A stretch of 64,000 nt of DNA, from the NCBI GenBank assembly GCA_963765575.1, contig CAVXWZ010000002.1:128001-192000 (forward strand), given 5' to 3'. Position 1 is the first letter of the stretch, and each line of letters starts with the position of its first letter. The DNA is from an uncultured cyanobacterium. Lineage in GTDB: Bacteria > Cyanobacteriota > Cyanobacteriia > PCC-6307 > Cyanobiaceae. The translations under genes and the position numbers were made by a program. The notes beneath the pieces were generated by a model. That model was given only the letters and a program-made list of their open reading frames with translations. It did not search any database and was not told the DNA's origin. This document shows, piece by piece, positions 24,241 through 34,932 of this stretch.

Positions 24241-24387
24241 GGTCACGCTGTCGTTGCCGTGGGCTGATGGCGGCACCAATGCCAGGCCAGTGCTGTGGCG
24301 GCCGGTTCCCCTGAAGAGCATCGCCAACCTCGGCCCGTGACCATGCCCGGCACCCACGGTCCGGGCATGGTCAGGCCAGTCGACAGG

Positions 24388-24981
24388 TCAAGCAGTGCCG
24401 CAGAAGGTGACGGTGGGGAACTTGGCCTTGGCTTCGTCCAGGCCCTTGCCCTTGCCTTCTTCCTGCCAGTAGTTGATCACTTCGGTGGCCTGGTTGAGAA
24501 TATCAACCCGTTCATTTTCGGTGATCCAGCTCTTGGCCTCAAGCTCAGACTTCAGTGTTTCCCAGGCATCCTCCCGCGGCCAGAAGAAATAAGAACTCAA
24601 GGGGCTGGGGCCACCGCCGACGATCTGGTCTACAGCCAGGGCGACGTTGTCCGGAAGCCAGAGAATCTTGAGCAGGAAACGGCCTTCATCGGCCTTCGGG
24701 GTGTAGCCGGAAGGAACTCCGTCGGCATCGATCGTGGCACTGGCCAGGGCCGAGCTGCCGGTCCGCAGCACGGGACGACCTGCCGTTGCACTGTCTGCGC
24801 TTGGACTGTCTGCGCTTGCACTGTCCGCAGGAGCAGTTTCGGCCGCAGCCGCTTCCGCTGGGGCAGCTTCCGCAGCAGCAGCTTCCACTGGGGCAGCTTC
24901 CGTTGGGGCAGCTTCAGTGGCGGGAGCCACCTCGGGCGCCTCGCTCACGGCAGCGCCGGCGGCGCTCTCGGTGGCTGTCAT
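24388..24981 (-). CDS. ycf65: 30S ribosomal protein PSRP-3 (Ycf65) with low-complexity N-terminus
   Basis: [18 protein letters not shown]...[19 protein letters not shown]-terminal EAAPx/DSxSA pentapeptide repeats. Confidence 0.88.
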   Translation of the reverse strand: MTATESAAGAAVSEAPEVAPATEAAPTEAAPVEAAAAEAAPAEAAAAETAPADSASADSPSADSATAGRPVLRTGSSALASATIDADGVPSGYTPKADEGRFLLKILWLPDNVALAVDQIVGGGPSPLSSYFFWPREDAWETLKSELEAKSWITENERVDILNQATEVINYWQEEGKGKGLDEAKAKFPTVTFCGTA

Positions 24982-25105
24982 GGGGTCTGCGGTCAAGACG
25001 GAGAATCAAAGGATTAACCTACCAGTCGCTCTTGCTTGCCTCCTGCAGCCCGCCCCCCAGCCCCCTTCGGCCGGCCGGCCACTGCCGGAATCGCAGCCCC
25101 GGGCC

Positions 25106-25857
25106 GTGCTGCTGTTGGACATCGATGGGGTGGTGCGCGATGTGGCGGCCAGCTATCGCCGTGCCCTGGCCGAAACGGTTCACCACTACGGCGGCTGGCG
25201 ACCGGATTCCGCCTGCGTTGACGCCCTCAAGGCCGAGGGCCGCTGGAACAACGACTGGGACGCCAGCCTGGAACTGCTACGCCGCCGCGGCCTTGATCCC
25301 CTGCCCGAGTTCAGCGCCCTGGTGGCGGTGTTCAGCGGCTTTTATTTCGGTGGAAATCCCGACGGGGACCCGGCCCAGTGGCGGGGATTCATCGGCGACG
25401 AAGCCCTGCTGCTGGATCGCTCCTGTTTTGAACAGCTCAGCGCTGCGGGAATCGCCTGGGGCTTTGTGAGCGGCGCCGAGCCGGCCTCCGCCCGTTACGT
25501 GCTGGAGACGCGCCTGGGCCTGACCGACCCGCCGCTGGTGGCCATGGGTGACGCCCCGGACAAGCCCGACCCCACCGGACTGCTGCGGCTGGCCGGGGTG
25601 CTGGGGGGGAGCCCGGGCCGCTGGCTCCGCCGGTGGCCTATCTGGGGGACACGGTGGCCGATGTGCTCACCGTGCACAACGCCCGGCGAGCCTGCCCGAA
25701 CCAGCGCTTTCTCAGCCTCGCCGTGGCGCCACCCCACCTGCACGGCCAACGGGAGGCTCGCCGCAGCTACGAGAGCAGCCTCACCCGGGCCGGTGCCGAT
25801 GCCGTGATCGAGAGCAGTGCAGCCGTGCTTGGAGCGCTGCAGCAACTGCTGCCTTAG
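25106..25857 (+). pseudogene. HAD-superfamily hydrolase (TIGR01548-like), frameshifted in a G7 run at 25603-25609
   Basis: LDIDGVVRD, WNNDWD and KPDP in one frame; VAYLGDTVADV in the -1 frame; start approximate. Confidence 0.8.
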
Positions 25858-27176
25858 CCGCGCTGCATGGCCGCCGTGGCCTTGAGGGCGGCGGCGCTGA
25901 GCACCTCATGGCCGTGGTCGGTGACGGCCACATCGTCCTCGATGCGAATGCCGATACCCTTCCAACGCTCCTCAATGGCGGGCTGATCGTCCGGGACAGG
26001 CAGACGATCGCTCACGTACAGCCCTGGTTCCACGGTGAGCACCATGCCCGGCTCCAGCTGCTGGGGGTGCTCACCCAGCCGGTAAGCCCCCACATCGTGA
26101 ACGTCGAGCCCGAGCCAATGGCCGGTGCGGTGCATGTAGAGGTGGCGGTAGGCGCCGCGCTCGATGATCCCGTCCACCTCGCCGCGCAGCAGACCGAGCG
26201 CCACCAGGCCCTCCACCAGCACCCGCACGGCGGTGTCGTGCACCCGCTCGGCCGTCTGCCCGGGGGCCACGGCAGCCAGCGCTGCCTCCTGGGCCGCCAG
26301 CACCAGCTCGTAGAGCTGCCGCTGCTCGCCGGAGAAACGCCCGTTCACGGGGAACGTGCGCGTGATGTCGCCGTTGTAGTAACTCCCCAGCGAGCAGCCG
26401 GCATCGATCAGCAACAGGTCGCCGTCCCGCAGCACACCGCCGTTGGCGGTGTAGTGCAGCACGCAGGCGTTGTCGCCGCCGGCGACGATCGAGCCGTAGG
26501 CAGGCCCACGTGCCCCCTGCTCAAGGAAATGCTGCTCGATCACCGCCTGCACCTGCCGCTCCCTGAGGCCGGGACGGGTGACCTCCCGGGCCAGTTCATG
26601 GGCCTGCGCCGAGATCCGGCAGGCCTCCCGCATCTGCTCCAGCTCTTCGGGCTGCTTGCGCAGGCGCAGTTCATGCAGCAGGGGACAGGGGGCCACCAAC
26701 CCCAGGGCCGCAGCGCCGCTGCGGGGGGCGCGGTCCAGCTGCCGGGCCCAGGCCGAGAGCACCAGCGGTTCCACCGCAGGATGCCGACCGATGCGAAAGG
26801 CGATGCCCTCAGCGCCGTCGAGGTAGTCGGCCAGGCGCTGGGGGAGCTCCGCAAGGGGATGGGCGAGGTCCGCCGCAAACCGCTCCACGGCCCCTTCGGT
26901 ACCCCAGCGAAAACCGGTCCACACCTCAGCGCTGGCGAGCCGCGGCTGCACAAACAGCACAAAGCGCTCGCCGGCCGGACGATGGGGCAGCAGCAGGGCC
27001 ACGGCATCGGGCTCGTCGAACCCGGTCAGATACCAGAAATCGCTGTTCTGCCGGAACGGGTACTCGCAGTCCGCGTGGTGGGTCACCAGGGGCGCGGCCG
27101 GAATCACCGCCGCCACCCCCCCGAGCCGCTGCAGGAAATGCTCGCGGCGTTGGGCATAGATCGATGTCAAACGCAC
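25854..27176 (-). CDS. pepP: Xaa-Pro aminopeptidase
   Basis: FRQNSDFWYLTG, DAGC...DITRTFP, GHWLGLDVHD, TVEPG, IRIEDD. Confidence 0.95.
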   Translation of the reverse strand: MRLTSIYAQRREHFLQRLGGVAAVIPAAPLVTHHADCEYPFRQNSDFWYLTGFDEPDAVALLLPHRPAGERFVLFVQPRLASAEVWTGFRWGTEGAVERFAADLAHPLAELPQRLADYLDGAEGIAFRIGRHPAVEPLVLSAWARQLDRAPRSGAAALGLVAPCPLLHELRLRKQPEELEQMREACRISAQAHELAREVTRPGLRERQVQAVIEQHFLEQGARGPAYGSIVAGGDNACVLHYTANGGVLRDGDLLLIDAGCSLGSYYNGDITRTFPVNGRFSGEQRQLYELVLAAQEAALAAVAPGQTAERVHDTAVRVLVEGLVALGLLRGEVDGIIERGAYRHLYMHRTGHWLGLDVHDVGAYRLGEHPQQLEPGMVLTVEPGLYVSDRLPVPDDQPAIEERWKGIGIRIEDDVAVTDHGHEVLSAAALKATAAMQRG

Positions 27177-27265
27177 CCCCCGACAGGCCTGATCTGGGGG
27201 CCAGTCTGGAGCAGGCCTCGCCAGGCCCGATTAAATGGGGTGATGGCCCAGGGCCCACCCACCCC

Positions 27266-28279
27266 ATGAACGACCTTCTGGTCCTGGCCGCCCTGGTGCT
27301 GGTGGTGCTGGCCGGCTCGGCTCTCTGCTCCGGGGTGGAGGCGGCCCTGCTCACCGTCAATCCGGTGCGCATCCACGAACTGGCGGTGCGGACCCGCCCC
27401 GTCAAAGGGGCCCTGCGGCTGGGGCAGCTGCGCCAGCGACTCGGGCGCACGCTGGCGGTGCTGGTGATCGCCAACAACGGCTTCAACATCTTCGGCAGCC
27501 TGATGCTGGGCGCCTATGCCGCCCGGGTGTTCCAGAGCCGCGGCATCGAAGGCCTGGCACTGCCCCTGTTCTCGGTGGGGCTGACGGTGCTCGTGATGCT
27601 GCTGGGGGAGATCCTGCCCAAGGCCCTGGGCAGCCGCCTGGCCCTGCCGGTCGCCCTGGCCAGCGCCCCACCGCTGCACCTGCTGGGGCTGGTGATGCGG
27701 CCCCTGGTGCTGCTGCTGGAGCGGCTGCTGCCGGCGATCACCGCCGAGAGCGAACTCAGCACCGACGAGAATGAGATTCGCCTGCTGGCCAGGCTGGGTT
27801 CGCAGAAGGGGCAGATCGAGGCGGATGAGGCCGCCATGATTGCCAAGGTGTTCCAGCTCAACGACCTCACCGCCAGGGATCTGATGACTCCGCGGGTGGC
27901 CGCGCCGACCCTGGAGGCGGCGGAGCGGTTGGAGGGGGCCAGGCCCCAGCTGCTGGCCAACCACGCCCCGTGGTGGGTGGTGCTGGGGGAGGAGGTGGAT
28001 GAGATCGTGGGGGTGGTGAGCCGCGAACGCCTGCTCACCGCCCTGCTGCAGGGCCAGGGTCAACGAACGCCAGCAGAACTCAGCGAAGCGGTGGAATACG
28101 TGCCGGAAATGATCCGCGCCGATCGCCTGCTCACCGGCTTCCGGCGCAACAGTGGCGGCGTGCGGGTGGTGGTCGATGAGTTCGGCGGCTTCGTCGGCGT
28201 GATCGGCGCCGAATCGGTGCTGGCCATGCTCGCCGGCTGGTGGCGCCCCCCCCAGCCCGCCGACCAGGAGGCCGGCTGA
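27266..28279 (+). CDS. CNNM (DUF21)/CBS domain membrane protein
   Basis: CSGVEAAL, GEILPK, DLMTPR, VVDEFGG. Confidence 0.88.
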   Translation: MNDLLVLAALVLVVLAGSALCSGVEAALLTVNPVRIHELAVRTRPVKGALRLGQLRQRLGRTLAVLVIANNGFNIFGSLMLGAYAARVFQSRGIEGLALPLFSVGLTVLVMLLGEILPKALGSRLALPVALASAPPLHLLGLVMRPLVLLLERLLPAITAESELSTDENEIRLLARLGSQKGQIEADEAAMIAKVFQLNDLTARDLMTPRVAAPTLEAAERLEGARPQLLANHAPWWVVLGEEVDEIVGVVSRERLLTALLQGQGQRTPAELSEAVEYVPEMIRADRLLTGFRRNSGGVRVVVDEFGGFVGVIGAESVLAMLAGWWRPPQPADQEAG

Positions 28280-29676
28280 TGGCCAGCCGCCAGAGCTCAG
28301 GGCGAGCCGTGGCCGGCGCGGCGGCGTCCCCCACGGCCAGCGAGCGCTGCCTGCTGCTGCTGCGGCAGTGGCGCCGCGACCTGCGCCTCAACGGCCGCGA
28401 ACGCAGCCTGCTGGGCGGTTCCCTGGCGGTGCTGGATCGCCAGCTGGAGCGCCTGGAACGGCGCCAGCTGCGGGTGGCGGTGTTCGGCCGGGTGGGGGTC
28501 GGCAAGTCAAGCCTGCTCAATGCCCTGCTGGAGGAGTCGGTGTTTGCCACCGACGTGGCCCACGGCTGCACCCGTCACCAGCAGACGGCGAGCTGGGGGG
28601 TGGCGGTGGGCGGTCTCGAGCGGGTGGAACTGGTGGACACCCCGGGGATCGATGAGATCGCCGCCCCCGGCCGGGGGCGGCTGGCGGCCCGGGTCGCCCG
28701 CGGCGTGGATCTGGTGCTGATGGTGCTCGATGGCGACCTCACGGTCGTGGATCAGGACGCCATCGCGGCGCTGCTGGAGAGCGGCAAACCGCTCCTGCTC
28801 GTGCTCAACCGCAGTGACTGCTGGCCGCTGGAGGAGCGCCAGGCGCTGCAGGCCAGCATCCAGCGCCGGCTGCGGGCCTTGCTGCCGCCGGCGGTGGGGT
28901 CATTGCCGCTGCTGGCGGTGGCGGCGGCGCCCCGCCGGGCCAGGCTGCGGCCCGATGGCCGCGTGCGCGCCGATCCGGAGCCGCCCCGGGTGGAACCCCT
29001 GCAGCGCCATCTCACCGACCTGCTGGAGGCCGAAGGCGGGCTGTTGCTTGCCCTCAACAGCCTCAGCGCCGCCGAGTCATTCCAGCGCCAGCTGCACCAG
29101 GGTCGCCTCGGCCGCGGGCGCCGAACGGCCCAGGGACTGATCGGCCGTTACGCCGCCCTCAAGGCCACCGGCCTGGCCGCGAACCCCCTGCTGCTGCTGG
29201 ATCTGGCCGGTGGCCTGGCCTGTGACGCCGCCCTGGTGGCCCAGCTCTGCCAGCTCTACGGCCTGCCGATGGACGGCCCCGCGGTGCGGGAGCTGCTCGG
29301 CCAGCTGTCCCGCCACAACGCCCTCATCGGCGGCGCCCAGGTCGGCATCCAGATAGCCCTGGGGGCGCTGCGGCAGCTGTTGCTGCTGGCGGCCCCCCTC
29401 ACCGGCGGCCTCAGCCTGGCCCCGGCGGCACCGGTGGCCCTGGCCCAGGCCGCCCTGGCCGTGCACACCACCCGCCGCACCGGACAGCTGGCAGCACGGG
29501 AACTGCTGCGGCGGGGCGAGCGGGGCGGCCAGCCCGGGGCCCTGCGGCGCCGGTTGATGGCCAGCGATCCGGCGGTGCGGGACTGGCTGGCGGGCCGCGC
29601 GACCTCCACCAGCCGTGGCGCCGCGCCGCCGGCAGACGGCGCCGCACTGTCCCCCGGGCTGGTGCTGCTGCCGTGA
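28279..29676 (+). CDS. GTP-binding protein with DUF697-like C-terminus
   Basis: GRVGVGKSS, DTPG, NRSD G-motifs. Confidence 0.85.
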   Translation: MASRQSSGRAVAGAAASPTASERCLLLLRQWRRDLRLNGRERSLLGGSLAVLDRQLERLERRQLRVAVFGRVGVGKSSLLNALLEESVFATDVAHGCTRHQQTASWGVAVGGLERVELVDTPGIDEIAAPGRGRLAARVARGVDLVLMVLDGDLTVVDQDAIAALLESGKPLLLVLNRSDCWPLEERQALQASIQRRLRALLPPAVGSLPLLAVAAAPRRARLRPDGRVRADPEPPRVEPLQRHLTDLLEAEGGLLLALNSLSAAESFQRQLHQGRLGRGRRTAQGLIGRYAALKATGLAANPLLLLDLAGGLACDAALVAQLCQLYGLPMDGPAVRELLGQLSRHNALIGGAQVGIQIALGALRQLLLLAAPLTGGLSLAPAAPVALAQAALAVHTTRRTGQLAARELLRRGERGGQPGALRRRLMASDPAVRDWLAGRATSTSRGAAPPADGAALSPGLVLLP

Positions 29677-30254
29677 GCGGCCGCTCCGGCATCGCCCTGC
29701 TGGGCACCAGCGCCGACCCGCCCACCCGGGGTCACCAGGCTCTGCTGGAGGGCCTGCTGGAGTGCTTTCCACAGGTGGCCACCTGGGCCAGCGACAATCC
29801 CAAGAAAGAGCACGGTGCCCCCCTGGAGCAGCGCGCGGCCCTGCTGGCCGCCGTGGTGGCAGCGATCGGCAACCCGCGCCTTGAGTTGGCCCAGGATCTG
29901 AGCAGTCCCTGGACGATCACCACCCTGGAGCGGGCGGCGCAACGCTGGCCGGGAGATGACCTGGTGTTCGTGGTGGGCAGCGATCTCGCCAGCCAGATTC
30001 CCCGCTGGAAGCAGGCTGCGGCAGTTCTGCAGCGCTGCCGCCTGGCGGTGGTGCCGCGGGACGGCTGGCCCCTGCGCGAAGAGCAGCTGGAGGCGCTGCG
30101 CCGCCTGGGGGGAAGGGTGGAGGAGCTGGCGCTGCCAATCCCCGCCAGCGCCAGCAGCCAGGCGCGGCGGCAACCGCTACCGGAGCAGGTGGCGGCGGCG
30201 GCCTGGCCGCTGCTGCTCCAGCACAATCTCTACGGCCTCAGCGCCCCCTCCTGA
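29673..30254 (+). CDS. nadD: Nicotinate-nucleotide adenylyltransferase
   Basis: GTSADPPTRGH, FVVGSD, SSS motif; upstream of nadE. Confidence 0.9.
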   Translation: MSGRSGIALLGTSADPPTRGHQALLEGLLECFPQVATWASDNPKKEHGAPLEQRAALLAAVVAAIGNPRLELAQDLSSPWTITTLERAAQRWPGDDLVFVVGSDLASQIPRWKQAAAVLQRCRLAVVPRDGWPLREEQLEALRRLGGRVEELALPIPASASSQARRQPLPEQVAAAAWPLLLQHNLYGLSAPS

Positions 30255-30257
30255 TCC

Positions 30258-31970
30258 ATGCATCTCGCCCTGGCCCAGCTCAACCCGGTGGTGGGAGACC
30301 TGGCCGGCAATGGCGAGCGCATCCTCGAGGCCTGCCAGCAGGCCCACCGGCAGGGGGCGAATCTGGTGCTTACGCCGGAGCTCTCCCTGTGGGGCTACCC
30401 CCCCCGGGATTTGCTGCTGCTGCCCTCCCGCCTGCAGGCGCAGGAGCAGACCCTGGCGCGGCTGAGCAGCCAACTGCAGCGCCACAGCCCCGAGCTGGCC
30501 CTGCTCGTGGGGATGGCCGAAGCCAGCGGCGACAGCCACCTGCCCAACCTCCACAACGCCATCGCCCTGGTGCAGGGAGGGCGCTGGCAGGTGGTGGCCC
30601 GCAAGCAGCTGCTGCCCAGCTACGACGTCTTTGACGAGCGGCGTTATTTCCGCCCCGCCCATGCCCCGGCGGTGCTGGAGCTGAACTGTGGCGACCGCAG
30701 CCTGCGGCTGGGTCTGACGATCTGCGAGGACCTCTGGGTGGAGGAGGAGCTGCTGGGCCAGCGGCTGGTTGGGCCGGATCCGGTGGCGGCCCTGCAAGCC
30801 GCGGGGATCGACCTGCTGGTGAACCACTCCGCCTCGCCCTTCGGCCAGGGCAAGCTGGCCCTGCGGCAGGATCTGGCGGCGCGGGCGGCGCAGCGGCTGA
30901 ACTGCCCGGTGGTGTACGTCAACCAGGTGGGCGGCAACGACGAGCTGGTCTTCGATGGGGCCAGCTTCGTGGTGGATGGCAGCGGTTCGGTGGTGGCCCG
31001 CATGCCCTGCTGCACAGAAGCCCTGCAGACATGGCAGCTGGCCGGTGGGAACGGGACGAGCAAGCCCGCTCCCGAGCCGCTTGAGCACCCGCCCGAGCCC
31101 CTTGAGCAGCTGCTGAGAGCCCTCGTGCTGGGGGTGCGCGACTACGCCCGCAAATGCGGCTTTCAGCGCGCCCTGCTGGGCCTCAGCGGCGGCATCGACT
31201 CGGCCCTGGTGGCCGTGATCGCCACGGCCGCCCTGGGCGCTGATCAGCTGCTGGCGTTGCTGATGCCCTCCCCCTGGAGTTCAGCCGGCTCGATCGACGA
31301 TGCGCAAGCCCTGGCCCGGCGCCTGGCCCTGGCCACCCACACCGTGCCGATCCACGGGCTGATGGACGGGTTCGATGCCGCCCTCACCCCCGCCCTCAAC
31401 CAGCCGCCCCAGGGTCTGACGGCCGAGAATCTGCAATCGCGCATCCGCGGCACCCTGCTGATGGCGATGGCCAATCAGCAGGGTCGCCTGCTGCTCTCCA
31501 CCGGCAACAAGTCGGAGCTGGCGGTGGGCTACTGCACCCTCTACGGCGACATGAACGGCGGCCTGGCGGTGATCGGCGATCTCTACAAGACCACCGTGTT
31601 CCGGCTCTGCGCCTGGCTGGACAGTCCCGCCTCCCAGCCCTGGCGGCGGGAGCTGGGGCTACCGCCGGAGGGGGACCTGATCGGTGCGCCCATCCGGCAG
31701 AAGCCCCCCAGTGCCGAACTGCAGCCCAACCAGCGCGACAGCGATTCCCTGCCCGACTACGCCCTGCTCGATCCGCTGCTGAAGGAGCTCGTGGAGCGCC
31801 GCCGCAGCCCCGAGCAGCTGGTGCTGGAGGGCGCCGATCCGCAGCTGGCGCAGCAGGTGATGGCGCTGCTGCGGCGCTCTGAATTCAAGCGGCGACAGGC
31901 GGCACCGGTGCTCAAGGTGAGCGCCCAGGCCTTCGGCAGCGGTTGGCGAATGCCGATCGCCGCCGTCTGA
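30258..31970 (+). CDS. nadE: Glutamine-dependent NAD+ synthetase
   Basis: Nitrilase domain (PELSLWGY, ICEDLW) plus GLSGGIDS, NKSE, YCTLYGD. Confidence 0.96.
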   Translation: MHLALAQLNPVVGDLAGNGERILEACQQAHRQGANLVLTPELSLWGYPPRDLLLLPSRLQAQEQTLARLSSQLQRHSPELALLVGMAEASGDSHLPNLHNAIALVQGGRWQVVARKQLLPSYDVFDERRYFRPAHAPAVLELNCGDRSLRLGLTICEDLWVEEELLGQRLVGPDPVAALQAAGIDLLVNHSASPFGQGKLALRQDLAARAAQRLNCPVVYVNQVGGNDELVFDGASFVVDGSGSVVARMPCCTEALQTWQLAGGNGTSKPAPEPLEHPPEPLEQLLRALVLGVRDYARKCGFQRALLGLSGGIDSALVAVIATAALGADQLLALLMPSPWSSAGSIDDAQALARRLALATHTVPIHGLMDGFDAALTPALNQPPQGLTAENLQSRIRGTLLMAMANQQGRLLLSTGNKSELAVGYCTLYGDMNGGLAVIGDLYKTTVFRLCAWLDSPASQPWRRELGLPPEGDLIGAPIRQKPPSAELQPNQRDSDSLPDYALLDPLLKELVERRRSPEQLVLEGADPQLAQQVMALLRRSEFKRRQAAPVLKVSAQAFGSGWRMPIAAV

Positions 31971-32000
31971 GTCAGGCTTGGGAGCACCTGGCCCGGCTTG

Positions 32001-33143
32001 ATGGCAGCCTCCCCCACACTCAACGCCCCGATGGCGACCATCGGCGTACCCACGGAAATCAAGCGTGACGAGCGGCGCGTGGCCCTCACTCCCGACGGGG
32101 TGAGGGAGCTGGTGGGCCAGGGCATGGAAGTGCGGGTGCAGGCCGGCGCCGGCCTCGGCGCCGGCATCGACGACGAGGCCTTCGCTGCAGCCGGCGCCCG
32201 CCTGGTGAGCTGCGAGGAGGCCTGGGCCGCCCACCTGGTGGTGAAGGTGAAGGAACCCCAGCCCGAAGAGTTCACGCACCTGCGTGCTGATCTGGTGCTG
32301 TTCACCTACCTGCACCTGGCGGCCTACCCCGACGTGGGCCGTGCCCTGCTGGAGGCCGGCACCACCGCCGTGGCCTACGAGACCGTGCAGCTGGAGGACG
32401 GCAGCCTGCCGCTGCTGGCGCCGATGAGTGAGATCGCCGGTCGCCTGGCGGCCCAGGTGGGGGCCCATCTGCTGGAGCGCCCCCATGGCGGGCGCGGGGT
32501 GCTGATCGGTGGCTGCACCGGCGTGCGGCCGGCGCGGGTGGTGGTGCTCGGTGCCGGCACCGTGGGCTGGAATGCCGCCCGCATCGCCGCTGCCATGGAC
32601 GCGGAGGTGTTGCTGCTCGACCGCTCCCCCCAGCGCCTGCGGGAGCGGGAGGCCGAGCGGCGTGGCCGGCTGGTGGGCCTGGTGAGCAGCCGCAGCCTGG
32701 TGGAGCGCCTGGTGCCGGCGGCCGATCTGGTGATCGGCGCCGTGCTCACCCCCGGTGGCCGGGCGCCGACCCTGGTGGAGGAGGCGCTGGTGCAGCGCAT
32801 GAAGCCCGGTTCGGTGATCGTGGATGTGGCCATCGACCAGGGGGGCTGCATCGCCACCAGCCGTGAAACCACCCACACCGATCCCGTGCACACCCTGCAC
32901 GGTGTGCAGCACTACGCCGTGGGCAACATGCCCGGCGCCGTGCCGTTCACCTCCACCGAAGCGCTGGTGAGCGTCACCCTCCCCTACATCCTCGTGATGG
33001 CGGGCCGGGGGCTGGCGGAGGCGGTCACCGATCGGCCTGAACTGCTCTCCGGGCTCAACACCGCCGCCGGGGCGGTCTGCCACCCCGGCGTCGCCAGGGC
33101 CCTGGGTGTGGCCACCCGCCACCCGATGGCCTGCCTGCGCTGA
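32001..33143 (+). CDS. ald: Alanine dehydrogenase
   Basis: [45 protein letters not shown]. Confidence 0.96.
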   Translation: MAASPTLNAPMATIGVPTEIKRDERRVALTPDGVRELVGQGMEVRVQAGAGLGAGIDDEAFAAAGARLVSCEEAWAAHLVVKVKEPQPEEFTHLRADLVLFTYLHLAAYPDVGRALLEAGTTAVAYETVQLEDGSLPLLAPMSEIAGRLAAQVGAHLLERPHGGRGVLIGGCTGVRPARVVVLGAGTVGWNAARIAAAMDAEVLLLDRSPQRLREREAERRGRLVGLVSSRSLVERLVPAADLVIGAVLTPGGRAPTLVEEALVQRMKPGSVIVDVAIDQGGCIATSRETTHTDPVHTLHGVQHYAVGNMPGAVPFTSTEALVSVTLPYILVMAGRGLAEAVTDRPELLSGLNTAAGAVCHPGVARALGVATRHPMACLR

Positions 33144-33165
33144 GGCTGACAGGAGCAGAACGGCC

Positions 33166-33603
33166 ATGCTGAATCCGGGCCGCCTGCGCATCCTGGCGGT
33201 GGGCAAGGTACGCAAAGGCTGGATCCGTGAGGGGGTGGAGCTCTACAGCCGCCGCCTGCCGGGCCTCTCGATCGTGGACATCCGCGACTCCACACCGGCC
33301 CGCGAAGCGGCGGCCATCGGCGCCGAGCTGCGCCCTGGTGAGCAGCTGGTGGTGCTGGCCGAGGAAGGGGGGCCTCTGGGGTCGGTGGCCTTCGCCGAAC
33401 GGCTGCGCGACTGCGGCTCAACCCGCCTGGCCTTCGCCATCGGTGGCGCCGACGGCCTGGCTGCCGAGCTGAAGGCCCGCGCCGCCTGGCGCCTCAGCCT
33501 CTCGGCGATGACGATTCCCCATGAGCTGGCGCGCCTGCTGCTGCTGGAGCAGCTCTACAGGGCCCAGGCGATCCTCCAGGGCAGTCCCTACCACCGCCCC
33601 TGA
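33166..33603 (+). CDS. rlmH: 23S rRNA (pseudouridine1915-N3)-methyltransferase
   Basis: [34 protein letters not shown]. Confidence 0.93.
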   Translation: MLNPGRLRILAVGKVRKGWIREGVELYSRRLPGLSIVDIRDSTPAREAAAIGAELRPGEQLVVLAEEGGPLGSVAFAERLRDCGSTRLAFAIGGADGLAAELKARAAWRLSLSAMTIPHELARLLLLEQLYRAQAILQGSPYHRP

Positions 33604-33615
33604 GTCCGCCCCCTG

Positions 33616-34719
33616 TCAGCCCTGCAGCGGCGCCAGGGGGCGGCGCAGGGCAGCCGGGGCCAGGCCCTCGCGCAGGGCCAGCACCAGCCCGGCGGCCTCG
33701 GCATAACTGCTGGCGTTCAGCACCATGGCGCCGTCCTGCTCCAGAGCCAACGCTGCGGCAGTGACCTCCAGCAGGCAGGGGTTGTCGACCGCGATCAGGG
33801 GAACCCCACGCTCCACGCTGGCCAGCACCCCCTCGCCCCCCAGGGCACCGGCCGGGGCGACCACCGCACCAATCCGCTCGCTGTCGAGCAGCAGGCCAGC
33901 CGCCGCTGGGGGCTGGCCCGCAGGCGCCCCCCACAGCGGCAGCAGATCCGGCGCCCGGCTGAGGCCCACCAGCACACAGGGCAGGAAGGTGGTGCCCAGT
34001 TCCTCGCCGGCGGCGCGGGGATCAAGACCGGGCTGCAGCGGCAGGGGCCGCAGGGCGGGGGCGTGGGCGCAGGGAAGGCAGAGGTGCCGGCTGAGCAGAT
34101 GGCTGATCACCGCCTCGGCCCCCGCCAGCGCGTCCACACCCACACCCTGCCGGTAGGCCGCCAGCGCCTCGCTGTGGGGATCGTCGGGGAAGCGGGCCAC
34201 CACGGCGATGGCTGTGGCACCGGCATCCCGTAGTCGCTCCCCCGCCCGCAGCAGGGCATCAGGCCGCCCCAGAGTGCCCCAGCTGACGCCGCTCGGCCCC
34301 CGCTCCAGGCTCACGGCCAGGGGCTCCTCGGTGGTCACCACCGCTGCGATATCCAATCCCAGCGTGGCCCGGCAACCATCGGCCACCTGCAGGTGGCGCA
34401 GGCGCAGGTCCTCCTCGATGCCGGCATCCAGCAACAATCCCAGACGCTGGCGCCGCACCACCCGCAGGGCCAGGTCGCCGGCGGCGAAGCGATCCAGGGC
34501 CCAGCCCTCCACGTAGTGGATGCGCGGGTCGCTCCAGTAGAGCGCCGCGCCGTTGATCACGTTGGGATGGGTGATCAGGCAGCCGCTGGCCGCCGCCAGC
34601 AGACGGGCCGCTGGCAGGGCATCGCCGGCATAGCCACCGGTGGCACAGCCCACTCCCGTGGGCAGCACCAGCAGGGTGGGCAGGACGTCCGCTGTGGCCA
34701 GGGCCATGGCGACGGTCAT
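33616..34719 (-). CDS. DUF3326-like protein
   Basis: PTGVGCATGGYAGDA, THPNVING, GVDALAGAEA. Confidence 0.82.
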   Translation of the reverse strand: MTVAMALATADVLPTLLVLPTGVGCATGGYAGDALPAARLLAAASGCLITHPNVINGAALYWSDPRIHYVEGWALDRFAAGDLALRVVRRQRLGLLLDAGIEEDLRLRHLQVADGCRATLGLDIAAVVTTEEPLAVSLERGPSGVSWGTLGRPDALLRAGERLRDAGATAIAVVARFPDDPHSEALAAYRQGVGVDALAGAEAVISHLLSRHLCLPCAHAPALRPLPLQPGLDPRAAGEELGTTFLPCVLVGLSRAPDLLPLWGAPAGQPPAAAGLLLDSERIGAVVAPAGALGGEGVLASVERGVPLIAVDNPCLLEVTAAALALEQDGAMVLNASSYAEAAGLVLALREGLAPAALRRPLAPLQG

Positions 34720-34895
34720 CGCCCTGGTGAGGTGATGAGCACCACCGCCTCCAGGCAGAGATCGTCGCCGTCCACGGCGGTGATCGCCCAGCGCAGCGGC
34801 TCGCCATGGGGGGCCAGGGCAGCCTTGATCTGGGGCCGCAACGCCCCCGGCCGGCGGCGAAACCGCAGCACCAGGGGACGCAGGGTCACCGTCAC
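34716..34895 (-). CDS. Small hypothetical protein (59 aa from GTG), absent from the ORF track
   Basis: Manual translation VTVTLRPLVLRFRRRPGALRPQIKAALAPHGEPLRWAITAVDGDDLCLEAVVLITSPGR*; stop overlaps the DUF3326 ATG; fills the operon gap. Confidence 0.75.
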   Translation of the reverse strand: MTVTLRPLVLRFRRRPGALRPQIKAALAPHGEPLRWAITAVDGDDLCLEAVVLITSPGR

Positions 34896-34932
34896 AGGGC
34901 TGGGGGGGGCTGGCTGGCTGAACCCATCCCCA

